Below, one piece after another: positions 1 to 8,729 of a stretch of DNA of 48,046 nt. Where the stretch lies: positions 1 to 48,046 of the forward strand of contig DATLPH010000002.1 in NCBI GenBank assembly GCA_035535855.1, in the 5' to 3' direction. The notes under the pieces are model-generated. The model had not been told where the DNA came from. It did no database searches and was given only the letters and a program-made list of their open reading frames with translations. Positions within the stretch are counted from its first letter, which is position 1. Each line of letters begins with the position of its first letter. A program made the position numbers and the translations under genes. Origin of the DNA: Gaiellaceae bacterium (GTDB lineage: Bacteria; Actinomycetota; Thermoleophilia; Gaiellales; Gaiellaceae).

Positions 1-340
1 TGTCCTCGTAGGCGATTGGGACGACGATCTCGGAGCGCGTCGAAGGAAAGCAGGCGAGGTAGCGCGGGTCGGCGTTGACGTCGTCGACGACCTCCGTCTG
101 CCCGCTCGCTGCGGCTGCGCCGCAGACTCCCTGGCCGACCGGGATCCGCACGTGCTCGGTCGCCTCCGGCCCGTTCCACGGCCCGAGGACGAGGTCGTGT
201 CCCTCGACGAGGTAGATCCCGACCCACGAGTAGTGATCGATGCGGTCGTGTAGGACGTCGACGACCGCCTGCAGCACCTCCTCCGCATCGCCGCCGCGGT
301 TGCTGATCCGCTCGATCGCCTCGAGTGCGCCCTCGCTCAC
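1..340 (-). CDS. GAF domain protein, free methionine-(R)-sulfoxide reductase-like (partial; C-terminus lies beyond the window edge)
   Basis: Hand translation of the minus strand from GTG at 340-338 gives VSEGALEAIERISN...YSWVGIYLVEGHDLVLGPWNGPEATEHVRIPVGQGVCGAAAASGQTEVVDDVNADPRYLACFPSTRSEIVVPIAYED. The GVCG and SEIVVPI motifs are typical of the fRMsr/GAF family. GC3 is high. The GTG overlaps the upstream stop as GTGA. It is absent from the ORF track because it is truncated by the window edge. Confidence 0.75.
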   Translation of the reverse strand, partial: MSEGALEAIERISNRGGDAEEVLQAVVDVLHDRIDHYSWVGIYLVEGHDLVLGPWNGPEATEHVRIPVGQGVCGAAAASGQTEVVDDVNADPRYLACFPSTRSEIVVPIAYED

Positions 341-795
341 TGGTCGAGATCCTCGCCCTCGAAGGCCGCGATCGGCTCGCGGTAGGAATCGGGGATCGGG
401 CACGCGCGGCGCTCGGCAAGGTCGACGAGCACCAGCGTCTGGGTCGCGGTCACCATCAGCACGTCGTCCTCCTCGCGGTAGGCGGCGCACTCGTAGGTGA
501 GGCTCGTGCGACCGATCTTCGCCACGCGGATGAAGACCTCGATCAGGTCGTCGAACCGTGCGGGCGCCTGGTACTCGATCGTGTTCGCGCGCATAACGAG
601 CTCGTGCTCGCGCGGTCGGGTCTCGAGCAAGTCGAGGTGGCGGTGGTACTCGACGCGCGCGCTGTCGAAGTAGGGGAGGTAGCGCCCGTAGTAGACGATG
701 CCCTGCGCGTCGGTGTCGGAGAAGCCGACCCGGGTCAGGGCGGAGTACTTGAACGGAGGCTTGCGGTCGCTGACGCGGCCGAGCTCGAGCGCCAT
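337..795 (-). CDS. acyl-CoA thioesterase, 4HBT/YbgC-like hotdog fold
   Basis: The 152-aa ORF has the DTDAQGIVYYGRYLPYFDSARVEY motif typical of YbgC/4-hydroxybenzoyl-CoA thioesterase family proteins. Confidence 0.85.
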   Translation of the reverse strand: MALELGRVSDRKPPFKYSALTRVGFSDTDAQGIVYYGRYLPYFDSARVEYHRHLDLLETRPREHELVMRANTIEYQAPARFDDLIEVFIRVAKIGRTSLTYECAAYREEDDVLMVTATQTLVLVDLAERRACPIPDSYREPIAAFEGEDLDQ

Positions 796-804
796 GCGGT
801 AAAT

Positions 805-1491
805 CTAAGCGCCGCTGCGCGGGAGGGGAGGCAGCGAGCCGCTGCCGGGGCCCTGGAGCTTGCGGTTCCGAAGGGCGCGGGTGACTCCCCAGCAGGCGAG
901 GCCGAGCAGCGCGCCGCCGATCAGGGCGACCGGCAGGATCAGGTAGAGGCTGCTCAGCTGGCCCGGGCCGGAGTTGCCGAGCGCGACGCCGCCCGCCGCC
1001 TGGGGCGCGAAGTCGCGGATCGACCTCACCTTCGTCTTCTTCGCGTCGAGCGGGGCGAGAGTCGCGACAGGCATGAAGGAGTCGACGAGCCAGCGGCCGT
1101 GCGCCGGCCGCAGGTAGATGTGGAAGATGATCGGGCCGACGTCGCTGTGCGCGCGTGGGATCAGCTGGAGCTCGAGCCCGACCTCCTCGCGCGTGACGTA
1201 GAGGATGTTCCAGGGGTGCGTCAGCCCCCGCGCGGGGAACGGGTAGACCGGGATGTCGCCGCCTGCCCATTCCCGGCGGCTAATGCCGGGCCGGAGCTCG
1301 GGTGCGACGACGTCGTAGGCCGCCACCGTGTCGGACCGCTTGACCGCGTGGTTGACGAAGACGTCGATCGCCCTCGTGATCTGGGCGCGGTCGGACTGGC
1401 TCAGCTTCGGGGCGGCCGAGGCGGGCGCGGCGAGCGCGAGCGCGACGGCTGCTGCGACGACGAGCTTCATGGACAAACGGTAGCGCCGCAT
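805..1491 (-). CDS. hypothetical exported protein with a C-terminal membrane anchor
   Basis: The 228-aa ORF has an N-terminal signal peptide (MKLVVAAAVALALAAPASA-AP) and a C-terminal hydrophobic helix (LYLILPVALIGGALLGLACWGV). GC3 is high. The start could be 1491 or the internal ATG at 1470. Confidence 0.7.
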   Translation of the reverse strand: MRRYRLSMKLVVAAAVALALAAPASAAPKLSQSDRAQITRAIDVFVNHAVKRSDTVAAYDVVAPELRPGISRREWAGGDIPVYPFPARGLTHPWNILYVTREEVGLELQLIPRAHSDVGPIIFHIYLRPAHGRWLVDSFMPVATLAPLDAKKTKVRSIRDFAPQAAGGVALGNSGPGQLSSLYLILPVALIGGALLGLACWGVTRALRNRKLQGPGSGSLPPLPRSGA

Positions 1492-1518
1492 CTCACACCG
1501 GATGACGCACGTTTCCGA

Positions 1519-2502
1519 TCACGCTGATCGGGAGCGCCGAACGAGGGGGCGGACGGTGCCGTCGAGCTCGGCCGTGAGCTGCGTGCAGACCTCACGCGCT
1601 GCCTCGACGAACCCGACCGAGGCCGGCGAGCGATAGCGGTCACGGTGCCAGAAGAGCGAGATCACGCGCGGCTGCACGGGGACGCCTTCGTCGAGCTGCA
1701 CGACTGCCGTGCGCGTGTCCGAGAGGTCGATGCCGAGGCGCGGAATGATCGCGCTCCCGACGCCCGCCCCGACGAGCGCTTGCACCGTGCTGAGGATGTC
1801 GGAGCGGAAGACGAAGTTCGGCTCGACTCCCTGCGCGCGCAGCTCGGCTTCGACCCGCGGCAGCACCCGGCACGTCCAGTGGCCGATCAGCGGGAGCTCG
1901 GCGATGTCGTCGAGCCCGACCGGGCCTCCTTCCAGCGCGAGCGGGGAGTCGGCTGCGACGAGGAGCACGTAGGGGTCGCGCAGCAGCTCGACCGATTCGA
2001 AAGGGCCGGGGTGGAGCGGCAGGTCGGCGAAGCTGAGCTCGAGCTCGCCGCGCTCGACGAACTCGAACAGCCCCGCGTCGGTCGGCGCCTCGCGCGGGAG
2101 GACCCGTACATCCGGCCAGTCGCGAGCGTAGCGCGGCAGCAGGCGCGGGATCACCCGCGCGCCCACGCTCTGGTAGATGCCGAGCCGCAGCGAGCCGGCC
2201 GAGCCGTCGGCAAGCGCTCCGAGGTCGGCCTCTGCTGCCTTCACGCGTCCGACGATCGCCGTCGCGTGTGCGAGCAGGATCTCGCCCGCCTCGGTCAGCT
2301 CGAGCGCGCCCGCGCCGCGCGAGCGCTCGACCAGCCGCTGGCCGACGATTCGCTCCAGGGCTGCGATCTGCTCGCTGATCGCCGACTGCACATAGCCGAG
2401 CCGCGTGGCGGCGCGCCTGAACGAACCCTCTTCCGCGACTGCTTCCAGAGCGGTCAGATGCCGGATCTCGATTCCCGATGGGTGATCGGCAGCCACGGTC
2501 AT
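1519..2502 (-). CDS. LysR-family transcriptional regulator
   Basis: The N-terminal wHTH (IRHLTALEAVAEEGSFRRAATRLGYVQSAISEQIAALE) is followed by a LysR substrate-binding domain. The ORF is 327 aa. Confidence 0.9.
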   Translation of the reverse strand: MTVAADHPSGIEIRHLTALEAVAEEGSFRRAATRLGYVQSAISEQIAALERIVGQRLVERSRGAGALELTEAGEILLAHATAIVGRVKAAEADLGALADGSAGSLRLGIYQSVGARVIPRLLPRYARDWPDVRVLPREAPTDAGLFEFVERGELELSFADLPLHPGPFESVELLRDPYVLLVAADSPLALEGGPVGLDDIAELPLIGHWTCRVLPRVEAELRAQGVEPNFVFRSDILSTVQALVGAGVGSAIIPRLGIDLSDTRTAVVQLDEGVPVQPRVISLFWHRDRYRSPASVGFVEAAREVCTQLTAELDGTVRPLVRRSRSA

Positions 2503-2530
2503 CCGAAGCGTAGCCGATCGTTGATCGCGA

Positions 2531-3877
2531 TTACGGCTCGCGGATGGTCGCGAGCACCTCGTCGCGCTTGCTTTCCATCAGTTCGCGCGTGCGCGCCTCG
2601 AGGTTGAGGCGCAGGAGCGGCTCGGTGTTCGAGGGCCGGACGTTCATGTGCCAGTCCTCGGCGTCGACGGAAACGCCGTCCAGGTGGCTGACCCGACCCT
2701 CGGCGCCGAAGCGCTGCTCGAGCCCCTGCAGCTTCGCGGCGACGTCGGGGACGGGGGTGTTCAGCTCGCCGGTGATGAAGTAGCGCTCCCGGAAGGGCCG
2801 CAGGATCTCGGAGAGCTTCTTCCCGCGCTTCGAGACGAGCTCGAGCATGAGCAGGAACGGGACGACTCCCGAGTCCGCCTGCGAGAAGTCGCGGAAGTAG
2901 TAGTGGCCGGAGACCTCGCCGCCGAAGGCGGCGTCCACCTCGCGCATGCGGTGCTTGATGTAGGCGTGGCCGACGCGGTTGACGAGCGGAACTCCGCCCG
3001 AGCGCTCGATCATCTCGGGCACCGCCCAGCTCGCACGCACGTCGTAGATGATCTTCGCCCCCGGTTCCTTTTCGAGCACGGCCTCCGCCAGCAGGGCCGT
3101 GATGAAGTCGCCGGGCACGAACTCCCCCGAGTCGTCCACGAAGAAGCAGCGGTCGGCGTCGCCGTCGAAGGCCACGCCGAAGTCGGCCTGCTCCTCGAGT
3201 GTCTTCGCGACGATGAACTCGCGGTTCTCCGGCAGCAGCGGGTTGGGCTCGTGGTTCGGGAAGGTGCCGTCGGGCTCGAAGAAGCAGCGGACGACCTCGA
3301 GCTCCGGCAGCTGCTCGAGCACCGGCGGGAGCATCACGCCGGCCATCCCGTTGGCCGCATCGATCACGATCGTGAGCGGCGCGATCGCACCCGGGTCAAC
3401 GAACGAGAGCACGCGCTCGACGTAGAGGTCCCAGATGTCGTGGCGCTCGACCTTCCCCGGCGAGCCGGCGGCTTTCGGCTCGCCCAGGGCGCGGTCGCGG
3501 ACCTCCAGCAGGCCGGACTCGCCGCCGACGGGCAGCGCGCCCTCGCGAACGATCTTCATGCCGGTGTACTCCTTCGGGTTGTGCGAGGCCGTCACGGCGA
3601 TGCCGCCGTCGAGGCCGAGCTCGCCGACCGCGAAATAGACCATCTCGGTACCGACCAGCCCCAGGTCGAGCACCTCGGCGCCCGCCTCCGACGCGCCGCG
3701 GATCGCTGCCTCCGCCATCGCCGGCGAGGAGACGCGCATGTCGTGCCCGACGGCGACCCGCTTCGGCTCGAAGACCTCGACGAAAGCCCGGCCGATCGCC
3801 TGCGCGCCCTCCTCGTCGAGCTCCGAGGGGTGGATCCCGCGTACGTCGTACGCCTTGAAAACACTGGGATCGAGCAC
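2531..3877 (-). CDS. phosphomannomutase/phosphoglucomutase (alpha-D-phosphohexomutase family)
   Basis: The 448-aa ORF has the FKAYDVRG start, the TASHNP active-site serine loop, the DGDADR metal loop and the GEVSGH sugar loop. The start is GTG. Confidence 0.92.
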   Translation of the reverse strand: MLDPSVFKAYDVRGIHPSELDEEGAQAIGRAFVEVFEPKRVAVGHDMRVSSPAMAEAAIRGASEAGAEVLDLGLVGTEMVYFAVGELGLDGGIAVTASHNPKEYTGMKIVREGALPVGGESGLLEVRDRALGEPKAAGSPGKVERHDIWDLYVERVLSFVDPGAIAPLTIVIDAANGMAGVMLPPVLEQLPELEVVRCFFEPDGTFPNHEPNPLLPENREFIVAKTLEEQADFGVAFDGDADRCFFVDDSGEFVPGDFITALLAEAVLEKEPGAKIIYDVRASWAVPEMIERSGGVPLVNRVGHAYIKHRMREVDAAFGGEVSGHYYFRDFSQADSGVVPFLLMLELVSKRGKKLSEILRPFRERYFITGELNTPVPDVAAKLQGLEQRFGAEGRVSHLDGVSVDAEDWHMNVRPSNTEPLLRLNLEARTRELMESKRDEVLATIREP

Positions 3878-3936
3878 GTTCGGATGCTACTCGGGGCGGA
3901 AGGATTCAGCTTTCTAGGTCGTTCTACACTGCAGGC

Positions 3937-6870
3937 ATGGAACGCAAGCTCGCCACGGTCCTGTTCGTCGACCTCGTCGATTCGACCGCGCTCGTAGCGG
4001 GCGCGGATCCCGAGGTCGTGCGCCGCCGCGTCCAGACGTACTTCGAGCGGGTCTCGCACTGCGTGACCACGCACGGCGGGATTGTCGAGAAGTTCGCGGG
4101 CGACGCGGTGATGGCGGCCTTCGGGATCCCACAGGCGCACGAGGACGACGCCGAACGCGCGGTGCGCGCCGGCCTCGGGATCCTCGAGTCGGTGCATGAG
4201 CTCGAGCTCGAGGCGCGCATCGGAGTCGAGTCCGGCGAGGTCGTTGCGGACGACAGCGACTCGACCTTCGCTACCGGCGAGGCCGTCAACGTGGCGGCGA
4301 GGCTGCAGCAGGCCGCCGAGCCGGGACAGCTGCTGATGGGCCCGGGGGCGCACCGCCTCAGTCTCGGCCGGATCGAGGTGGACGACGTCGGCCCGGTTGA
4401 CCTCAAGGGTCTCGAGCAGCAGGTCTGGGCCTGGCGCGCGCTGAGCGCGAGCGGGTCGTCCGGAGCTCGCCCGCACGTCCGGCGGGCGCCGCTCGTCGGC
4501 CGCGACCAGGAGCTCGAGCTGCTGCAGAACACCTATGACCGAGCGCTGCGCGACAAGCGCGCGCACCTGTTCACGATCTACGGCGAGCCGGGTGTCGGCA
4601 AGAGCCGTCTCGCGCACGAGTTCAGCGAGGCGATCGACGGCGCCACCGTGCTCTCCGGCCGCAGCCTCCCCTACGGCGAGGGCGTCACGTACTGGCCGCT
4701 CGCCGAGATGGTCAAGTGCGCCGCCGGGATCGGCGACGACGATCCGCTCGACGTCGCGATCGAGAAGCTGCGCTCCTTCTGCGAGGATGAGGTCGTCGCC
4801 GACTTGCTCGGCCTCGCCTCCGGCGTGCTCGAGGCGGTGCAGGCCGAGCGGAGCCAGCAGGAGATCGCCTGGGCGGCTCGCGAGTGGGCGCAGCGCGTCG
4901 CGCAGGAGCAGCCGCTCGTCCTGATCTTCGAGGACATCCACTGGGCCGAGGAGCCGCTGCTCGAGCTGATCGAGCATCTGGCGACCTGGGTCCGCGAGGC
5001 CCCGCTGCTGCTGGTCTCGCTCGCGCGGCCGGAGCTGCTCGACATCCGTCCGGGCTGGGGCGGGGGGCGCGTGCGGGCGACGGCGATCGAGCTCGAGCCG
5101 CTCGGGGAGAGCGACAGCGAGGAGCTGGTGGACGCTCTTGCCGACGGAGGCCTGACCCTCGAAGAGCGGCAGGAGGTGCTTGCCAAGACCGAAGGCAACC
5201 CGCTGTATCTCGAGGAGACGGTGCGGATGCTCTCCGAGGACGGCGCAGAGGGGATCGGGCGGATCCCGGACACGCTCCAGGCGCTGATCGCGGCCCGGAT
5301 CGACCGGCTCGCGCCGGAGGCGAAGGCGCTGCTCCAGCGTGCCGCGGTGATCGGCCGGACCTTCTGGGAAGGAGCGCTCGAGCGTCTCTCGCCTGAGCTG
5401 GAGTCGCTCGAGGAGCCGCTCGACGACCTGCGGCTGCGTGAGTTCGTGCTCGACGAGGAGCGCTCGTCGATTCGGGGCGAGACCGCGTACAAGTTCAAGC
5501 ACGTGCTGATCCGCGAGGTCGCCTACGGAGGGCTCTCGAAGAGCGCCCGGGCCGAGCACCATGCGCGCTTCGCCGAGTGGCTGAAGGAGCGCGCAGGCGA
5601 AGAGCTGCTCGAGATCCGCGCGTTCCATCTCGACCGTGCGACGGCCCTGCTCACGGAGCTCGACGGGGCTGCGCCGGCCGAGCTGCAGCGCGAGGCAGCC
5701 GAGGCTCTCACAGAGGCCGGTCTGCGCGCGTTCGCGCGTGAGGCGAACCGTGCCGCACGCCAGCACTTCGTCCGGGCGGTCGAGCTCGAGCCGACGACAC
5801 GCCGCCGCTACCTGGCGGCACGTGCGGCCGACCGGCTCAGCGATCTGCCTGCCGTCTCCCGCGAGATGGAGGAGGTGCTTGCCGCCGCGATCCAGGAGGG
5901 TGACGGCTGGACGCAGGGCCGGGCGCTCGTGACGCTCGCCGAGGCGGCCGTGCTGCGCGAGGCCGACGTGACCGCCGCGGAGGAGATGATCGATAACGCC
6001 CTCGAGGTGCTGGAGCCAGACGACCATTCCGGCCGTTATCGCGCACTGCGGGCGCGCGCGACGATCGCCTGGATGCGCGGGGATCTCGCCAAGGAGGAGC
6101 AGGTGATGCTCGAGGCACTCGAGCTCGCGCGGGCCTCAGAGCACAAGGGCTTTGAGAGCGAGGCCGCCGACGAGCTCGCAAGCGTGTACCTCGCCCGGCT
6201 CGAGTTCGACCGCGCCGAGCCGCTGATCGAGCAAGCGATCCTGCTCGCCGAGGAGAGCGGCAGCGCTATGTCCCGGGGGAGGGCGCTTCGCTTCGCCGGC
6301 CAGCTGCATCTGTACCGGCGCGAGCTCGACGACGCCGAGGCCGCGCTCGAGGCGGCCCGCGAGCACCTCGCCGAGGCTGGTGCCGCGTGGATGCTTGGCC
6401 GCACACTCAACTTCGCCGCGTGGACCGCACGGCACAAGGGCGACATCGCTCGCTCCGAGCGTCTCTTCCGCGAGTCGATCCGGATCCTCACCCCACTGGA
6501 GGACCGCGCGACGCTGTGCGAGACGCAGCGCTCGCTCGCGGAGCTCCTGCTCGTGCAGGGTCGGGTCGACGAGGCGGAGCGCTTCGCCCTCGCCGCGCGG
6601 GAGACGGTCGGGCCGCACGACGTTACGTCGCTGGCCACGACGACGATGTCGCTCGGCCTCGTGCGCGCCGCGCAGGGCCGGGACGAGGAGGCCGAGGAGC
6701 TACTCCGCCAGGCGTACGACACGCTCGCTGCGACCGACCACCGGAAGCACCAGTGCGAGCTGCTGCAGGCGCTCGTTCAGTTCCTGCGCGAGCGCGGCCG
6801 AGACGACGAGGCGGACGAGCTCGACGCACGCCGCGACGGCGTCCTCGCCGCAGCGGCCAGCACCGCCTGA
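3937..6870 (+). CDS. class III nucleotidyl cyclase - STAND/AAA ATPase - TPR multidomain protein
   Basis: The 977-aa ORF has an N-terminal cyclase homology domain (ATVLFVDLVDST, EKFAGDAVMAAFG, GEAVNVAARLQ). A P-loop follows (YGEPGVGKSRLAHEF), then a long TPR-like helical repeat region. No C-terminal HTH is visible. Confidence 0.88.
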   Translation: MERKLATVLFVDLVDSTALVAGADPEVVRRRVQTYFERVSHCVTTHGGIVEKFAGDAVMAAFGIPQAHEDDAERAVRAGLGILESVHELELEARIGVESGEVVADDSDSTFATGEAVNVAARLQQAAEPGQLLMGPGAHRLSLGRIEVDDVGPVDLKGLEQQVWAWRALSASGSSGARPHVRRAPLVGRDQELELLQNTYDRALRDKRAHLFTIYGEPGVGKSRLAHEFSEAIDGATVLSGRSLPYGEGVTYWPLAEMVKCAAGIGDDDPLDVAIEKLRSFCEDEVVADLLGLASGVLEAVQAERSQQEIAWAAREWAQRVAQEQPLVLIFEDIHWAEEPLLELIEHLATWVREAPLLLVSLARPELLDIRPGWGGGRVRATAIELEPLGESDSEELVDALADGGLTLEERQEVLAKTEGNPLYLEETVRMLSEDGAEGIGRIPDTLQALIAARIDRLAPEAKALLQRAAVIGRTFWEGALERLSPELESLEEPLDDLRLREFVLDEERSSIRGETAYKFKHVLIREVAYGGLSKSARAEHHARFAEWLKERAGEELLEIRAFHLDRATALLTELDGAAPAELQREAAEALTEAGLRAFAREANRAARQHFVRAVELEPTTRRRYLAARAADRLSDLPAVSREMEEVLAAAIQEGDGWTQGRALVTLAEAAVLREADVTAAEEMIDNALEVLEPDDHSGRYRALRARATIAWMRGDLAKEEQVMLEALELARASEHKGFESEAADELASVYLARLEFDRAEPLIEQAILLAEESGSAMSRGRALRFAGQLHLYRRELDDAEAALEAAREHLAEAGAAWMLGRTLNFAAWTARHKGDIARSERLFRESIRILTPLEDRATLCETQRSLAELLLVQGRVDEAERFALAARETVGPHDVTSLATTTMSLGLVRAAQGRDEEAEELLRQAYDTLAATDHRKHQCELLQALVQFLRERGRDDEADELDARRDGVLAAAASTA

Positions 6871-7661
6871 ATCGCCTGCGTCGACTCGAGATCCGGCGAC
6901 TCCGAGATGACGGTCGCCGGCCGCCTGAACTTCCGGAGCGCCTCCTTCAGCGGCTCGGCTCGGAGCGTGCCCTGGCCGTAGGGCAGGTGCTTGGTCTCGT
7001 TGCGGTTGGCGTAGGCGATGTCGGAGAAGTGGATGTGGAACGGCGCTTTCGGCTCGAGCACCTCGTCGGCGGCCTCGAGCGCTGCGGCAAACGGCTCGGC
7101 GTCGGTGAACGCGCCGTCGCTCGTCGCGTGCATGTGCGCGAAGTCGAGCACGGGGCGGACCCAGCCGCAGCGGCGGGAGATCTCGATCACGTCGTCGAGG
7201 CTGCCGATCTCGCGTACGCGGCCCATCACCTCGACCCCGAAGGGCACCGCGCGGTCCTTGCCCTCGAGCCGCTCGCGCAGCTCCGTCAGCTGCTCGCAGA
7301 TCGACTTGATCGCCGCGGCGCGCGTACGGCCGAGGAGGAACCCGGGGTGGAAGACGACGAGCTCCGCGCCCGCAGCCTTGGCGATCCCGGCCGAGTGGTC
7401 GAGCATCCCGACTGCCATCCGCTGCTTCTTGTCGCGCTCGACGTGGCCCATGAAGCCTGCGATCGGCGCGTGCACCGAGAGGGCGATCTTCGCCTCGCGC
7501 GCAAGCTCTCCGAACCGTCCGGCCCAGTCGTAATCCATCCAGAAACCGCCCTCGAAGTCGATCTCGCAGGCGTCGAAGCCACGCCGTTGCAGCATCGAGA
7601 TCGCCGTCTTCGGCGTATGGCGCGACGGTACGCGCGCAGGGCCGAAATGGAGCTTTCCCAT
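6777..7661 (-). CDS. sugar phosphate isomerase/epimerase or AP-endonuclease-2 family TIM-barrel protein
   Basis: The family-like sequence starts at MGKLHFGPARVP (ATG at 7661). The ORF-track N-terminal extension to 7826 is Arg/Ser-rich junk. Xylose-isomerase-like TIM-barrel motifs are present (ALSVHAP, VVFHPG, DFAHMHA). The 3' tail overlaps the convergent cyclase gene by 94 bp. Confidence 0.75.
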   Translation of the reverse strand: MGKLHFGPARVPSRHTPKTAISMLQRRGFDACEIDFEGGFWMDYDWAGRFGELAREAKIALSVHAPIAGFMGHVERDKKQRMAVGMLDHSAGIAKAAGAELVVFHPGFLLGRTRAAAIKSICEQLTELRERLEGKDRAVPFGVEVMGRVREIGSLDDVIEISRRCGWVRPVLDFAHMHATSDGAFTDAEPFAAALEAADEVLEPKAPFHIHFSDIAYANRNETKHLPYGQGTLRAEPLKEALRKFRRPATVISESPDLESTQAIQAVLAAAARTPSRRASSSSASSSRPRSRRN

Positions 7662-7704
7662 TCGTGGATCGTATGCCGTCCGAGGCGGTCGGTACCTTCG
7701 CCGC

Positions 7705-7947
7705 ATGGCCAAGCGTCCTTCCCGCATCGACCTGCTCGAGCTCGATATCGACCTCCGTCTCGCCGACCTCTGGCGCGAGGCCGCGGACATCGGCGAGTGG
7801 AACCTCGAGGTGGTAGCCGCGTTCATGCGCGCGGCCTACGGCAAGGGCTACTGCGACGCGCTCACCGAGGACAATCCGGGCAGCCTCTGCGAGGAGCACG
7901 GCTATCGGATCCCGACGCGGCGCACCGAACCGGCGCGCGAGCTCTAG
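7705..7947 (+). CDS. hypothetical small protein (80 aa)
   Basis: It has an ATG start and very high GC3 throughout. I recognise no family. Confidence 0.55.
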   Translation: MAKRPSRIDLLELDIDLRLADLWREAADIGEWNLEVVAAFMRAAYGKGYCDALTEDNPGSLCEEHGYRIPTRRTEPAREL

Positions 7948-7966
7948 CCCTCTCTACAATCACGGG

Positions 7967-8362
7967 GTGGTCCGGAACCCGCGTTCCGTCCGACTCGTGC
8001 TCGCCCTCTCGGTCGCCGGCGTGCTCGCGGTTTTCCTGCTCTACGTCTCGATTGCCGGCGGACGCACAGCGCAGCTGAAGCCGAGCGAGCTGGCGGGCCA
8101 CGCCGGCACGGTCTCGCTCGTGGGCGAAGTCACCGGCCCGGTCCACGGAGCCGGCTACGACACGGGCGGGCTGCGCTTCCATGTCGCCGACATCGGCGGC
8201 AGCGCCTCGGTGCCGGTCGTCTACCGCGGCAGCGTCCCCGACCAGTTCAAGCTCGGACGGCACGTGGTCGTCAGCGGCCGCTACGCCCACGGCGTCTTCG
8301 TCGCCAAGCGCGACACGCTCGTGACGAAGTGCCCTTCGAAGTACGTCAACAAGAAAGCCTGA
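7967..8362 (+). CDS. ccmE: cytochrome c-type biogenesis heme chaperone CcmE, CxxxY variant
   Basis: The 131-aa ORF has an N-terminal TM anchor. Its OB-fold region aligns by eye with E. coli CcmE (VPVVYRGSVPDQFKLGRHVVVSGR vs [24 protein letters not shown]). The C-terminal motif is LVTKCPSKY where E. coli has LAKHDENY. Confidence 0.85.
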   Translation: MVRNPRSVRLVLALSVAGVLAVFLLYVSIAGGRTAQLKPSELAGHAGTVSLVGEVTGPVHGAGYDTGGLRFHVADIGGSASVPVVYRGSVPDQFKLGRHVVVSGRYAHGVFVAKRDTLVTKCPSKYVNKKA

Positions 8363-8724
8363 CTGCCCGCCACGGGATCCGGCTGCTCGTCGCGTGCTTC
8401 GCGGCCGCGGCGCTCGCGGGGTGCGGCGGCGGAAGCTCCGGCTGGAGCGACGCCCAGTGCCGCCGGCAGGCCGACGCGATCGCCGCGCACGGCCGTTCCA
8501 TCCTCGTGCACTACCAGGGCAGCACTGTCTATCCGGCCGACGTGGCCTTGCTCTTGCTCAAGAACAGCCTCAAGCGGTACGACGAAGGCGGTTGCCCGGA
8601 CCCGACGCTCGGCGAGACCCTGCGGCGCCAGCTGCCGCCACGCAAGCAGGCTACGCTGCTGGCGCTGCTGCCGCGCCCCACCGAGAACCGCTTCCGGGCC
8701 GCGCTCGCAGCCGCCCCGGAGTAG
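8359..8724 (+). CDS. putative lipoprotein
   Basis: A lipobox is present (LLVACFAAAALAG-C-GGGSS). The start is uncertain. CTG at 8359 (CTGA overlap with the ccmE stop) gives an ideal signal peptide (M)TARHGIRLLVAC.... The only canonical in-frame start is GTG at 8329, which adds an acidic MPFEVRQQES extension. Confidence 0.6.
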   Translation: MTARHGIRLLVACFAAAALAGCGGGSSGWSDAQCRRQADAIAAHGRSILVHYQGSTVYPADVALLLLKNSLKRYDEGGCPDPTLGETLRRQLPPRKQATLLALLPRPTENRFRAALAAAPE

Positions 8725-8729
8725 CCTGC

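Noticed and set aside
3592-6027. 811-aa minus-strand ORF covering most of the cyclase gene
   Set aside because: It is antisense to a gene with clear domain homology. The translation is Arg/Leu/Glu/Asp/His-rich with no recognisable motifs. This is a typical shadow ORF of a high-GC genome, because stop codons are rare on the antisense frame.
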